A stretch of DNA of 64,000 nt from a virus. Under the pieces are notes generated by a model, which saw only the letters and a list, made by a program, of their open reading frames with translations, did not search any database and was not told where the DNA came from. A program made the translations under genes and the position numbers. Positions 56,197 through 64,000 of the stretch are shown piece after piece. Position 1 is the stretch's first letter, and each line of letters begins with the position of its first letter. Location: IMG/VR virus record IMGVR_UViG_3300034107_000490, positions 5,422 through 69,421 of that record; one strand, given 5' to 3'.

Positions 56197-56499
56197 ATGC
56201 CTAGAAACTCATTAGCCGGTACTAAAAAAGGAACTTCAAAAAGTGCTTTGTATTTCCAAACTAATCCTGTAGCAAAAGCTAAGAAGAAAGCTTATGACAC
56301 AGCATACAATGCTTCACCCTTACAACGTAAGAAGAGATCCGAACTTGTAAAGATTAACCGTGATAAAGGTAACTATGGAAACCTTGACGGTAAAGATGAA
56401 GCACATGTATCTAAGAAGAAGACTAAACTTCAATCTCAATCTAAGAATAGAGCTGATAAGTCAAAGAACTTTTTTGGAAAAGCTAAGAAAAAGAAGTAA
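56197..56499 (+). CDS. Small lysine-rich basic protein (about 100 aa), opposite orientation to its neighbours
   Basis: ORF track start TTG 56176; first ATG at 56197. KKK-rich ends. Confidence 0.45.
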   Translation: MPRNSLAGTKKGTSKSALYFQTNPVAKAKKKAYDTAYNASPLQRKKRSELVKINRDKGNYGNLDGKDEAHVSKKKTKLQSQSKNRADKSKNFFGKAKKKK

Positions 56500-56649
56500 T
56501 TAATAATTATCTTCCATGTAGTTTCCAACCAGGAATACTACAACTAAAAGTATTAATAGTGCCATGATATTATTTTCTAAAAATTATCGATAAGGTATAA
56601 AAGAATACTACTATTAAAGCGTATCCGTAAACTAGGGCCATTCCATCTT

Positions 56650-56910
56650 TTAACATTTCTTTATGTTTTTTACTATGCTTTCCTTTGCGTCAGCAAGTTG
56701 ATTAATAACTTCTTTTATAGTATCATCATTAGACAACTCAAGACCAAAGTTTTTTGCTATCCTCCAATGGATCGTTCTAGTTGGCATCTTTATTCCTGCA
56801 CTTTCTAGAATCGATTGGATATCCTGTACAGAGATCCTGTACTTTTTCATTTTGTCAAAATATTCATTATTCATCTGTACAAATTTTTTGAATTTTAATA
56901 ACCCAGTCAA
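56650..56910 (-). CDS. Hypothetical protein, 86 aa
   Basis: ORF only. Confidence 0.35.
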   Translation of the reverse strand: MTGLLKFKKFVQMNNEYFDKMKKYRISVQDIQSILESAGIKMPTRTIHWRIAKNFGLELSNDDTIKEVINQLADAKESIVKNIKKC

Positions 56911-57070
56911 CTTCTTTTTTTGTAAGTTCTACAAAATAAGGTTCTGCCATTTCTTCATCATCGTATAGTTCTACAATATCTACCGGACACTTGCTCAGTA
57001 CAACATCTTCTATATCTTTTTTCTTTTTGTACATTGTGACAGCACATCTGCCTAATAAGTAATAAGCCAT
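56867..57070 (-). CDS. Hypothetical protein, 67 aa
   Basis: ORF only. Confidence 0.3.
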   Translation of the reverse strand: MAYYLLGRCAVTMYKKKKDIEDVVLSKCPVDIVELYDDEEMAEPYFVELTKKEVDWVIKIQKICTDE

Positions 57071-57081
57071 AAGTTTAATTT

Positions 57082-57324
57082 TTAATAAGGTTCTTTGAGA
57101 CTATTCTCAAGTTTAACTATCTCAGCCTCGGTTCTATTATAAATCTCCTCAGCTCTTTCATCATTCATCGGAAAGTCTTCAGACGATCCATAGAAGTAGG
57201 CCATGTCTTTATCTAACTGATGCATATGCCAAAAGTTTCGGAGGAAGGATTTCTTTTCTGCAACCTCCCTCTTTAACTTTCTTCTTTCAAGTCCATGTAT
57301 CTTAAACTCCGGTTTGTTGTCCAT
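57082..57324 (-). CDS. Hypothetical protein, 80 aa
   Basis: ORF only. Confidence 0.35.
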   Translation of the reverse strand: MDNKPEFKIHGLERRKLKREVAEKKSFLRNFWHMHQLDKDMAYFYGSSEDFPMNDERAEEIYNRTEAEIVKLENSLKEPY

Positions 57325-58015
57325 CTAATAGTACTTTACCCCATTGCTCAGCAAAAGCTTTTGCCATACCATGGAAGGTTTTACTTCTAAGCGTTTGTCT
57401 TTCCTCTTTGGTCTTAGCATTCTTTAATGCTTCGTAGTACCACATAGGTTGACTCTTCTTGTTTCCTTTCTTGTCGATCCATTCGAACTGTTTACCTGTG
57501 CCTACGACATTTGTCTCGGTAAGTTTCGGCAGGTTCTTTAACCATAAGCAAGTAGACTTTTTAGCTTCGTCACCAAACATCCATGGTTGGACTATTTGTT
57601 CTGGCTTTCTCCATCGGCTGCTTAACAATCCAATTGGGTTCTCAACCGCTACGTGCTTGATGTTAGAGTTGTACAATGCATTAACAAACGTAACACTATC
57701 TAACATATCTTGTCTTCTCTGAGGATACTTAGGGTGAGGTCTTCTGTCTTCGAATGGTAAGTCTACATCATCAGGGTGAGATAACCACTGGACACCACTA
57801 CTTGCAAGGAACGTGCAAGGGGGATGGGCTACCATAAGATCCCAATGATGATCTTCGATTACTTTGAATACATCTTGTTGGAAGTGCCATTCAGGGTGAC
57901 CACCACTACAAGGCAGTAAGTCACAGCTGAATGCTTCAAATCCTAATTCTCTGAAAGCTTTTGTTGTTGCTTGGCTTTCTTCGCAAGCTACTAGTACTCT
58001 TAATTTATTTTTCAT
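57302..58015 (-). CDS. C5-cytosine methyltransferase-like protein, 237 aa, with degenerate motif I
   Basis: Motif IV HPPCTFLASSG, motif VI VAVENPIG, C-terminal ...TFHGMAKAFAEQW. The motif I region VLVACEESQ lacks the glycines. Confidence 0.5.
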   Translation of the reverse strand: MKNKLRVLVACEESQATTKAFRELGFEAFSCDLLPCSGGHPEWHFQQDVFKVIEDHHWDLMVAHPPCTFLASSGVQWLSHPDDVDLPFEDRRPHPKYPQRRQDMLDSVTFVNALYNSNIKHVAVENPIGLLSSRWRKPEQIVQPWMFGDEAKKSTCLWLKNLPKLTETNVVGTGKQFEWIDKKGNKKSQPMWYYEALKNAKTKEERQTLRSKTFHGMAKAFAEQWGKVLLDGQQTGV

Positions 58016-58032
58016 TTCAAAATTATTTTAAA

Positions 58033-58398
58033 TTAATAATTACCATTACCGTCTATGAAATATGGATCCTCTATATCATCACCTTTGTAAGCAATTATTT
58101 GTCTCTCAGGAAAATCTCTTCTCGCATTATCAAAACTTGCATACACATAATAACTCCACAACTCAACTCCATCAGGAGTAATCAATGTTTCTTCGCAACT
58201 GAAATCAGGTTGGAAATATACATTTTTGTTATATTTCATTTCCTCCTCACTATACATTCTTTCAGCCATGTATTTAGCACCTGCTATGAAATTATTTTTG
58301 CACCTTTCAGCATGGATTGGATTAGATAAATGAATATTAGTTAATAATCTACATTCTTGCAAATACTTTTCAGCAGCTTCTTCTAGTTCATTATTCAT
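58033..58398 (-). CDS. Hypothetical protein, 121 aa
   Basis: ORF only. Confidence 0.4.
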   Translation of the reverse strand: MNNELEEAAEKYLQECRLLTNIHLSNPIHAERCKNNFIAGAKYMAERMYSEEEMKYNKNVYFQPDFSCEETLITPDGVELWSYYVYASFDNARRDFPERQIIAYKGDDIEDPYFIDGNGNY

Positions 58399-58409
58399 TT
58401 TATTTATTT

Positions 58410-59105
58410 TTAGTTTTGTTCAACAAATTTACTTTTCTTATTTCCGTGCACTTCGATTACAATGTTCTTAGCTTTGCCTGCACCTGAGCAAAGTTTACAG
58501 TCTGCGCATTGTATGTTACTAGTTGTGTTAGGACAAACAATCTCATTAGGCATTAGATCCTTGATGTTATTTGTAACCCTGAATGTTCTCCAACCATTCT
58601 TCTGAGCTTCCAATGCTTCTGCCTGGCTGTCTACACTTGCCATCGAAATGTTTTTAAGGATATCCTTGTCGGCATTTTTCCATTGGTGTGTATAGCTTGT
58701 ATGATTCTTTGATCTAGATTTGATATTGTTTAGGATATCAATTGGTAAAGCAGCAGGATCTCCGTAGGCTCCGAACCTAATTAGCTTGTCATTAAAGATT
58801 GACATGTCAGTTGCAAGTGGGTATGAACCTCTTTTGTATGTCTTGTATACATTGAGTGGTGCTTGGAACAATACAACATAACAGCTACCACCTAAGTGAT
58901 GTCTGTGTGGACACATTCCACATACAGCTTCATCTGATCCGGACTTGGTTGCGTCTGTTGGTTTTTCATCTGCACTAAGGATCCACATGGATGCCATGTC
59001 ACCTGTCTTAACATTTGAACTTTTCATTGTAACTACTGCTACAATAGGTTCACCATTCAACATTGATGGGCCTTCATAAACTACGTATCCTTTTTCTTTA
59101 CTCAT
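58410..59105 (-). CDS. Cys/His-rich hypothetical protein, 231 aa
   Basis: CGMCPHRHH...C and C...CADCKLC clusters. No assignable fold. Confidence 0.4.
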   Translation of the reverse strand: MSKEKGYVVYEGPSMLNGEPIVAVVTMKSSNVKTGDMASMWILSADEKPTDATKSGSDEAVCGMCPHRHHLGGSCYVVLFQAPLNVYKTYKRGSYPLATDMSIFNDKLIRFGAYGDPAALPIDILNNIKSRSKNHTSYTHQWKNADKDILKNISMASVDSQAEALEAQKNGWRTFRVTNNIKDLMPNEIVCPNTTSNIQCADCKLCSGAGKAKNIVIEVHGNKKSKFVEQN

Positions 59106-59160
59106 AACTTTGGTATTTAAAAGGCTGCAACTGAATTGCTACAGCCTTGTTGTTAATAAT

Positions 59161-60168
59161 TTATTTTACTTTTGAAACTTCACCTAAAGCCCATGCTTTG
59201 AAGCCTTCGAACTTCTTAAGTATCTCATCTTTAGTTGAATGTTGTATACATGTTTCTGGTGCTTGGAAAGTGTTAACCCAGTTCTGTAACTGTTTCTTTG
59301 GAGCCAAAGTTATTTCCTTAAGAGCTTTCTCTTCAGCAGCTCTTGCTTCAGCTTCTACTTTCTCTTTAGCTTTTCTTTCTTGCTCATTCTTTTTCTCAAG
59401 CTCTTTCTTTAACTTTTCATTTTCCTTAGCAATCTTTTCTTTTTCCTTTTGGTCAGTCTCAAAGGATTTCTTTCCTGATGTAAGTAAAACTTTAAACTCT
59501 TTATCTGTAAGGTCTGAAAGAATAATTGTATTGTAGTTCTCAATGAATGGAGAGTAAGCACCTATCTCAATCTTTCTTTCTATCTCTAACTTTTGTTTCA
59601 ATACTATTGCTTTATATTTCTCTTCTTCTGCAGCTAATCTTTTTTGCTCAGCTTCGAATGTAAGTTTACGAGCAGATAAGAACGCTTCGAATACTTCCTG
59701 GTCCATTGACACTAAGTCTAACTCGTCTGCCTTGTCAGAGTATGGTCTAAGCAAGTCAGCTCGTTTAATTTGAAGTGCTTCTAACCTTTCTTTCTCTAAT
59801 CGATCGTAGTGTTCTTCGATTTGTTTTAACTGCTCTTCACGTTGAATGATTGGCTGTTGTAACTTGTTCTTGATAGCATCAACAAACTTACCTGCTTGTA
59901 GGTAGAAATCCTTCTCTACCTTGTGTATCTTGTCGATACCTGTACGGATAGGAACTAACTTCAATCGAAGCTCTCTTGCTTCTTTTGATAACTCAGGTGT
60001 AATCTCCTTTGATAACACAACTACAGAGTTAGCCAATAGGATATCTCTTTCCGTAGCCTTCTCGTTGAAGGCACTCATAATAGATGTTGCTTTTGCAATC
60101 TCTAATTTAAATTCTTGTGGGTTAACATCTATCGAAGTTATAGCCACCTCTTGGTTTTTGTTTTTCAT
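59161..60168 (-). CDS. Coiled-coil protein, 335 aa
   Basis: Long E/K-rich heptad regions. Confidence 0.45.
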   Translation of the reverse strand: MKNKNQEVAITSIDVNPQEFKLEIAKATSIMSAFNEKATERDILLANSVVVLSKEITPELSKEARELRLKLVPIRTGIDKIHKVEKDFYLQAGKFVDAIKNKLQQPIIQREEQLKQIEEHYDRLEKERLEALQIKRADLLRPYSDKADELDLVSMDQEVFEAFLSARKLTFEAEQKRLAAEEEKYKAIVLKQKLEIERKIEIGAYSPFIENYNTIILSDLTDKEFKVLLTSGKKSFETDQKEKEKIAKENEKLKKELEKKNEQERKAKEKVEAEARAAEEKALKEITLAPKKQLQNWVNTFQAPETCIQHSTKDEILKKFEGFKAWALGEVSKVK

Positions 60169-60184
60169 AGCTCAAAATTAGCAA

Positions 60185-60511
60185 TTAAAATTTAAAAAAG
60201 TCCATTTGTCCAAAAAAAGTTGAATAATATTCTTCAGCCATGTTTCTAGCTAAAGGTCCTGTATACTTATTAGCATGCACATGGGCATCCCTAATGTCAC
60301 TAAAGTTCTTTCTATGTGCCTCATTGAGTGCAACTTTGTATTTCTGTCTGTCTTCCTCAGACATCGCTTCTGCGATAATGTCAATTGCTGTTTTCATATT
60401 ATTCTGATTTAAAGGTTTCGTTGTAGTATTGCTCTGCTTCTTCCGGATAGTCGTAGAAATGCTCAACAACATCAAATATTTGTTTCTTTTCCATTTCTTT
60501 GGCTTGTTCAA
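60185..60511 (-). CDS. Hypothetical protein, 108 aa
   Basis: ORF only. Confidence 0.35.
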   Translation of the reverse strand: MNKPKKWKRNKYLMLLSISTTIRKKQSNTTTKPLNQNNMKTAIDIIAEAMSEEDRQKYKVALNEAHRKNFSDIRDAHVHANKYTGPLARNMAEEYYSTFFGQMDFFKF

Positions 60512-60580
60512 GAAGTTCAGGTAAATCTTCTCCTGAAGTTATCCATACTTGCTCAAATAACCATTCTACTGCTGTCTTTT

Positions 60581-60781
60581 TCATGTTATTTCATTTTTTA
60601 AAATTTTTGATGCTCCCTTTTTAACGTAACTACTTTTTGGTTTAGGATTCAATCTCATTATCAACTCATGTATAGCATACTGCCTTGCAGTACCACCAGG
60701 TAATGATGTATCAATCTCATTGTAGAAGTCTTCGATAGTCTTTAAGATTCTTTCTTTTGACATCCTTGTTGTTACTTTCAT
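60581..60781 (-). CDS. Hypothetical protein, 66 aa
   Basis: ORF only. Confidence 0.3.
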   Translation of the reverse strand: MKVTTRMSKERILKTIEDFYNEIDTSLPGGTARQYAIHELIMRLNPKPKSSYVKKGASKILKNEIT

Positions 60782-60966
60782 AATTCCTCTATTAATAGAT
60801 CATCACAACTTGAAATAAATAAATCTATTTCGTGGTCTGTACTGCCTCCTTGTTCAATCTCGTCAAACATTAGCTGAAGTAAATCGTCTACTTGTTCTTG
60901 TAAATCCGGACGTTCTATCAGAAACTCCCTTCTGTAGATTAAAGCTCTTTCGTATCTCATCTGCAA
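60778..60966 (-). CDS. Hypothetical acidic protein, 62 aa
   Basis: ORF only. Confidence 0.3.
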   Translation of the reverse strand: MQMRYERALIYRREFLIERPDLQEQVDDLLQLMFDEIEQGGSTDHEIDLFISSCDDLLIEEL

Positions 60967-61301
60967 CCTTTTTTAACTAATTCCACATTATCGTTGTGAA
61001 CTAACACTTTATCTGTTACATTAAAGCTGTTCCAACAATCTCTTGTTACTTCTATTTCTTCGGTTCCTTTTGCATTTCCAACGTAAAGTTTCCAGGAAGG
61101 TTCTATTCTTTCATGGTGATGTACGTGAGTATGAGTGTGTACATAAAGGATTCCTGCTTGAACTTCTTCTATAACATTATCATCATGGCACATGTGCTCC
61201 GGTGTGTATGATTTATACACTATGTAGCCTTCAAGATTATCGTCTCCAGAAGAGCATGACAGAAGTAAAAATGTTGATAGTATTGTGTAAACCTTTTTCA
61301 T
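60957..61301 (-). CDS. Lipoprotein with His-rich metal-binding stretch
   Basis: Signal peptide plus lipobox LLSC|S. HTHTHVHHHE run. Confidence 0.5.
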   Translation of the reverse strand: MKKVYTILSTFLLLSCSSGDDNLEGYIVYKSYTPEHMCHDDNVIEEVQAGILYVHTHTHVHHHERIEPSWKLYVGNAKGTEEIEVTRDCWNSFNVTDKVLVHNDNVELVKKGCR

Positions 61302-61320
61302 GTTAAATTGTTTTTAAATT

Positions 61321-61350
61321 AAAAACCCCCTCCGAAAGTTGAAGGGGGTA
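61321..61350 (-). terminator. Intrinsic terminator CCCCCT-ccgaaagttga-AGGGGG (A5 on the plus strand = U5 on the minus strand)
   Basis: Perfect 6-bp G/C stem. Same family as 48714. Confidence 0.7.
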
Positions 61351-61555
61351 TACTCTTGACTCGACATTCCCCTATGAATACTTAGTGTGCAAAGGGTTTA
61401 GCTAAGATGGGTAGGACAAAATAAATTTAATGCTTGGTAACCAGGCTACCTATCCCATCTAAGATGAAGAGCCACCACGTTTACAGAGTATCAGCAAAGC
61501 CTGTTTGTCTCACACAAACCTGATTACACTAATTATATTGGGTTATTAATTTCTA

Positions 61556-61732
61556 ATTATTTGGTAGATACAATTCTCTACAATTAAATCCCACGTTGAT
61601 GTAGTGTCACACTCTTCCTCGTGTTGGAATAGGTGCAACACTTCATTGATCTGACTTTCGTTTAGTTCTATGTTAAGAGAATTAGCTACTGCTAATATGT
61701 CTTTTTCACAAATGTTGCTAACCATACTAAAT
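61556..61732 (-). CDS. Small ORF, about 58 aa (not in the ORF track)
   Basis: ATG at 61732 (MVSNICEKDIL...), in frame to a stop near 61556. Below the track's length cut-off. Confidence 0.3.
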
Positions 61733-61935
61733 TATTTTTTTATTTTTAAAACCTCTTTCTGTTCTCAATTGTAATTTTCCACGAACAAACTGAGAACTTT
61801 GTTTGTTCTGTTTAATGAATTGCTGAGCAAGTCCAGGAGAAGGAAATCTTCTGACTTCTTGTACATTTTCTCCGAGTACAAATGTAACTAAAAAATTATC
61901 CATTTTACAAATTATTAGTGATTTATTTTACACTT

Positions 61936-62310
61936 TTAGAGTAAGTATAGTCCGTAGTCTACACTTCCTATTGATTTAAAGTAGTCGTTATCAACTACTT
62001 CTCCGTTTAGTAACCAGTTAGGTTGGATTCTTGGATTGTATCTAACTCGATCACAATGCTTATCAAATTGTTGCATATCTTTATTTATGATCTCAATATC
62101 TTCACATAACACCCAAGCACATACTTGTTTATTCTGTCCGTCAAAGATTCTTTGTGCAACTTTCTTGTAGTTTTTAAGCTGACAAGACTTCATTATCAAT
62201 TGATTATCTGTTGGTGATAGATATACAGTCCTATCCGGATACTCTACTTTCCACTTGAAATAATTTACGCCACGCGATAAATTAAACCTTACCTTAATTC
62301 TTTTTGCCAT
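61936..62310 (-). CDS. Hypothetical protein, 124 aa
   Basis: ORF only. Confidence 0.4.
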   Translation of the reverse strand: MAKRIKVRFNLSRGVNYFKWKVEYPDRTVYLSPTDNQLIMKSCQLKNYKKVAQRIFDGQNKQVCAWVLCEDIEIINKDMQQFDKHCDRVRYNPRIQPNWLLNGEVVDNDYFKSIGSVDYGLYLL

Positions 62311-62316
62311 ACTATT

Positions 62317-62550
62317 CTATATTGATATGTACTCTACATCGTCTTTTAGCATATGAGTTATTGTATTGTGTGGGTACAATCTCTCTAACTCTTCTACTAA
62401 ATCATCATTCATGTACTCGATTTCTTCTTCCCTTTCTTTTCTTATAATAGGAAAGATAGCATCTTGTATTTGTTCTTCCGTTAAATCCGTTAACAGAAGG
62501 AAGTTCTCTTCTTGGTAAGCTGTTGTGTTTACCTCTACTAATCTAATCAT
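62317..62550 (-). CDS. Hypothetical acidic protein, 77 aa
   Basis: ORF only. Confidence 0.35.
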   Translation of the reverse strand: MIRLVEVNTTAYQEENFLLLTDLTEEQIQDAIFPIIRKEREEEIEYMNDDLVEELERLYPHNTITHMLKDDVEYISI

Positions 62551-63323
62551 GGCTTATATTGTTTTGCTGTTAAACCTATGCCCTCAAGCATTTCTATTTT
62601 ATCTGATTCTTGTAACTCATCCATCCAGGTCGAGTTAAAATTTTCTGCCTCAACTAAGGCTTCTTGTTTAAGTATTCTATTGTATCCAAAACTGAAATCA
62701 ATATTGTCTACGTTATCTTCAAACATTTTATTTACATCAATGCTATCCCAGGTCTTTTCGATTATAGTTACGAAATGATCCTCAATAACTGACTCGCACC
62801 AATCGTAGTACAGATCTTCTTCGTTGATATCCTCTATCTTACATACTATATTTAATAGGAATCCTAAGTAGTGTTCATTTTCTGAGAAGTCTGTAAAGTT
62901 ATTGGTTTCCTCCTTCCAATCCTCAATGTTATTTGAGTGGTACGACATGAATCCGTCATAACTTGTATGCTTATCTTTTATCTCTTCAAGGAACTCTGCA
63001 TAGTTTTCTTTGATATACTCTCCTAATGTATGTCCGTCTAATACAACTGTTATGTTTATCGAATCATTTGAGAAGTTGTAGTATGCAGGAGAGTGCGAAG
63101 ACTGAAACTCCATAGAAAGGATACCTGCCTTATTGAATAGATAAGTCATACTCTCTAAGTAATCAATAGAAGTCTTACCGATAGTCTCTAAGAACTTTTT
63201 AAAGTCAAGTTTATACTCATCGTATCCTAGATCTTCTCCTTCCGAATCTTTTGGGTTATACTCATCCCAAATTGTACCATATGTTCCACTGAACACTGGC
63301 ATATATGTCTCAAATGTTTTCAT
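62547..63323 (-). CDS. Hypothetical acidic protein, 258 aa
   Basis: ORF. ATGA coupling with the upstream gene. Confidence 0.45.
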   Translation of the reverse strand: MKTFETYMPVFSGTYGTIWDEYNPKDSEGEDLGYDEYKLDFKKFLETIGKTSIDYLESMTYLFNKAGILSMEFQSSHSPAYYNFSNDSINITVVLDGHTLGEYIKENYAEFLEEIKDKHTSYDGFMSYHSNNIEDWKEETNNFTDFSENEHYLGFLLNIVCKIEDINEEDLYYDWCESVIEDHFVTIIEKTWDSIDVNKMFEDNVDNIDFSFGYNRILKQEALVEAENFNSTWMDELQESDKIEMLEGIGLTAKQYKP

Positions 63324-63325
63324 AA

Positions 63326-63700
63326 CTATTTAATTGTTAAACCTATTTCTAACTCTGTATCATCTCCCTCTATAAGTAGATACATATCTGAAGGTAAATT
63401 GTAGTCATCTTCTCCTATATAGAGTTTTGCTTCATCTAATCCAAGGATTAAATCTTGTACTCTCAAATCAGCTCTCTTACTTACGTCTGGACATAATACA
63501 TCTTCGTCATATTCAAAAGTTAATATTATCTTTTTATCTTTTATATAGCTACTTCCTATTACATCTAAATATAAAGACCTGTCTTTTCTCTCTAGGCTTA
63601 ATATTCCGAATGAAAACTTGCTTATATCAAATGGTTTGTCAAACTCTAACACTGCTTCAATATAGATTTTCTCTTCCTCAATTGCTTTTAATAGTTTCAT
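63326..63700 (-). CDS. Hypothetical protein, 124 aa
   Basis: ORF only. Confidence 0.4.
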   Translation of the reverse strand: MKLLKAIEEEKIYIEAVLEFDKPFDISKFSFGILSLERKDRSLYLDVIGSSYIKDKKIILTFEYDEDVLCPDVSKRADLRVQDLILGLDEAKLYIGEDDYNLPSDMYLLIEGDDTELEIGLTIK

Positions 63701-63707
63701 AATCTAT

Positions 63708-63920
63708 TTATTTAATTAATTCAATTGCATCACTAATTATTTTCTGTAATGATATTGGTAATGCCTGTACAGCTATAAATTCTTCGTCTTTATGTACTTG
63801 AAACCCATCATTAAGCAACTCCACTACAGTGGTAAAATGATACACCGTATCAACGTCTTCTATTAATTTCCTTGTTTTATAATTCCAAAGTACGTAATCT
63901 TCTCTGCTAATATTCTTCAT
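63708..63920 (-). CDS. Hypothetical protein, 70 aa
   Basis: ORF only. Confidence 0.35.
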   Translation of the reverse strand: MKNISREDYVLWNYKTRKLIEDVDTVYHFTTVVELLNDGFQVHKDEEFIAVQALPISLQKIISDAIELIK

Positions 63921-64000
63921 AACTCACATTTTTATGGTATATAATCTTCTAGGCTTTTAACTAAATTTATTTTAGATACAGTCGTAAGGTATCTGAACTT

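Noticed and set aside
32059-63920. Integrase/repressor (lysogeny) module or tRNA genes
   Set aside because: No tyrosine/serine recombinase motifs, no CI-like HTH repressor and no tRNA-like sequences were found. The region reads as a lytic early/replication module.

Overview
Both strands were read by eye only; nothing was searched, folded or aligned. The window is AT-rich (about one-third GC) and looks like a segment of a virulent phage genome from a Bacteroidetes (Flavobacteriia-type) host. Supporting this, the Bacteroidetes sigma-A -7 box TAnnTTTG sits just upstream of several operon starts, several starts appear leaderless, and Shine-Dalgarno sequences are essentially absent.

Two convergent modules meet at a bidirectional terminator at about 32.04 kb.

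(1) A plus-strand virion/structural module (1–32030).
- A 5'-truncated virion protein.
- Two proteins with acidic C-terminal tails, one with Gln-rich tandem repeats.
- An unusual array of six very lysine-rich, low-complexity proteins. It includes two recently duplicated paralogs and a protein with histone-H1-like AKKAAPKKK repeats.
- A 961-aa protein followed by three consecutive giant ORFs of 1882, 2339 and 1939 aa. The 2339-aa protein carries two HExxH zincin-type motifs. The 1939-aa protein has a C-terminal transmembrane-like segment.

(2) A minus-strand early/replication/nucleotide-metabolism/lysis module (32059–63920).
- Replication: SF2 DEAH helicase, AEP-type primase-polymerase, dUTPase, family A DNA polymerase, a DEDDy exonuclease and a DnaB-family helicase.
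- Nucleotide metabolism: class I ribonucleotide reductase NrdA/NrdB and a metallophosphatase + HAD phosphatase pair.
- DNA modification: two compact C5-cytosine-methyltransferase-like proteins.
- Lysis: an amidase_2 endolysin and a secreted glucosaminidase-like protein.
- Accessory genes: two HNH-type nucleases, a minimal nucleotidyltransferase, an SPFH/band-7 protein with a small membrane partner, a His-rich lipoprotein and many small hypothetical early genes.

Eight intrinsic terminators fall into two reused sequence families. No tRNA, CRISPR, integrase or reverse transcriptase was found.

The ORF track uses TTG/GTG starts in places; I moved several starts to the nearest in-frame ATG.

The most novel-looking content is the virion-module array of protamine/H1-like basic proteins and the block of giant polyvalent-like proteins. 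Also of note are a freestanding HNH gene embedded in GC-rich structured RNA and a candidate terminator-bearing sRNA region.
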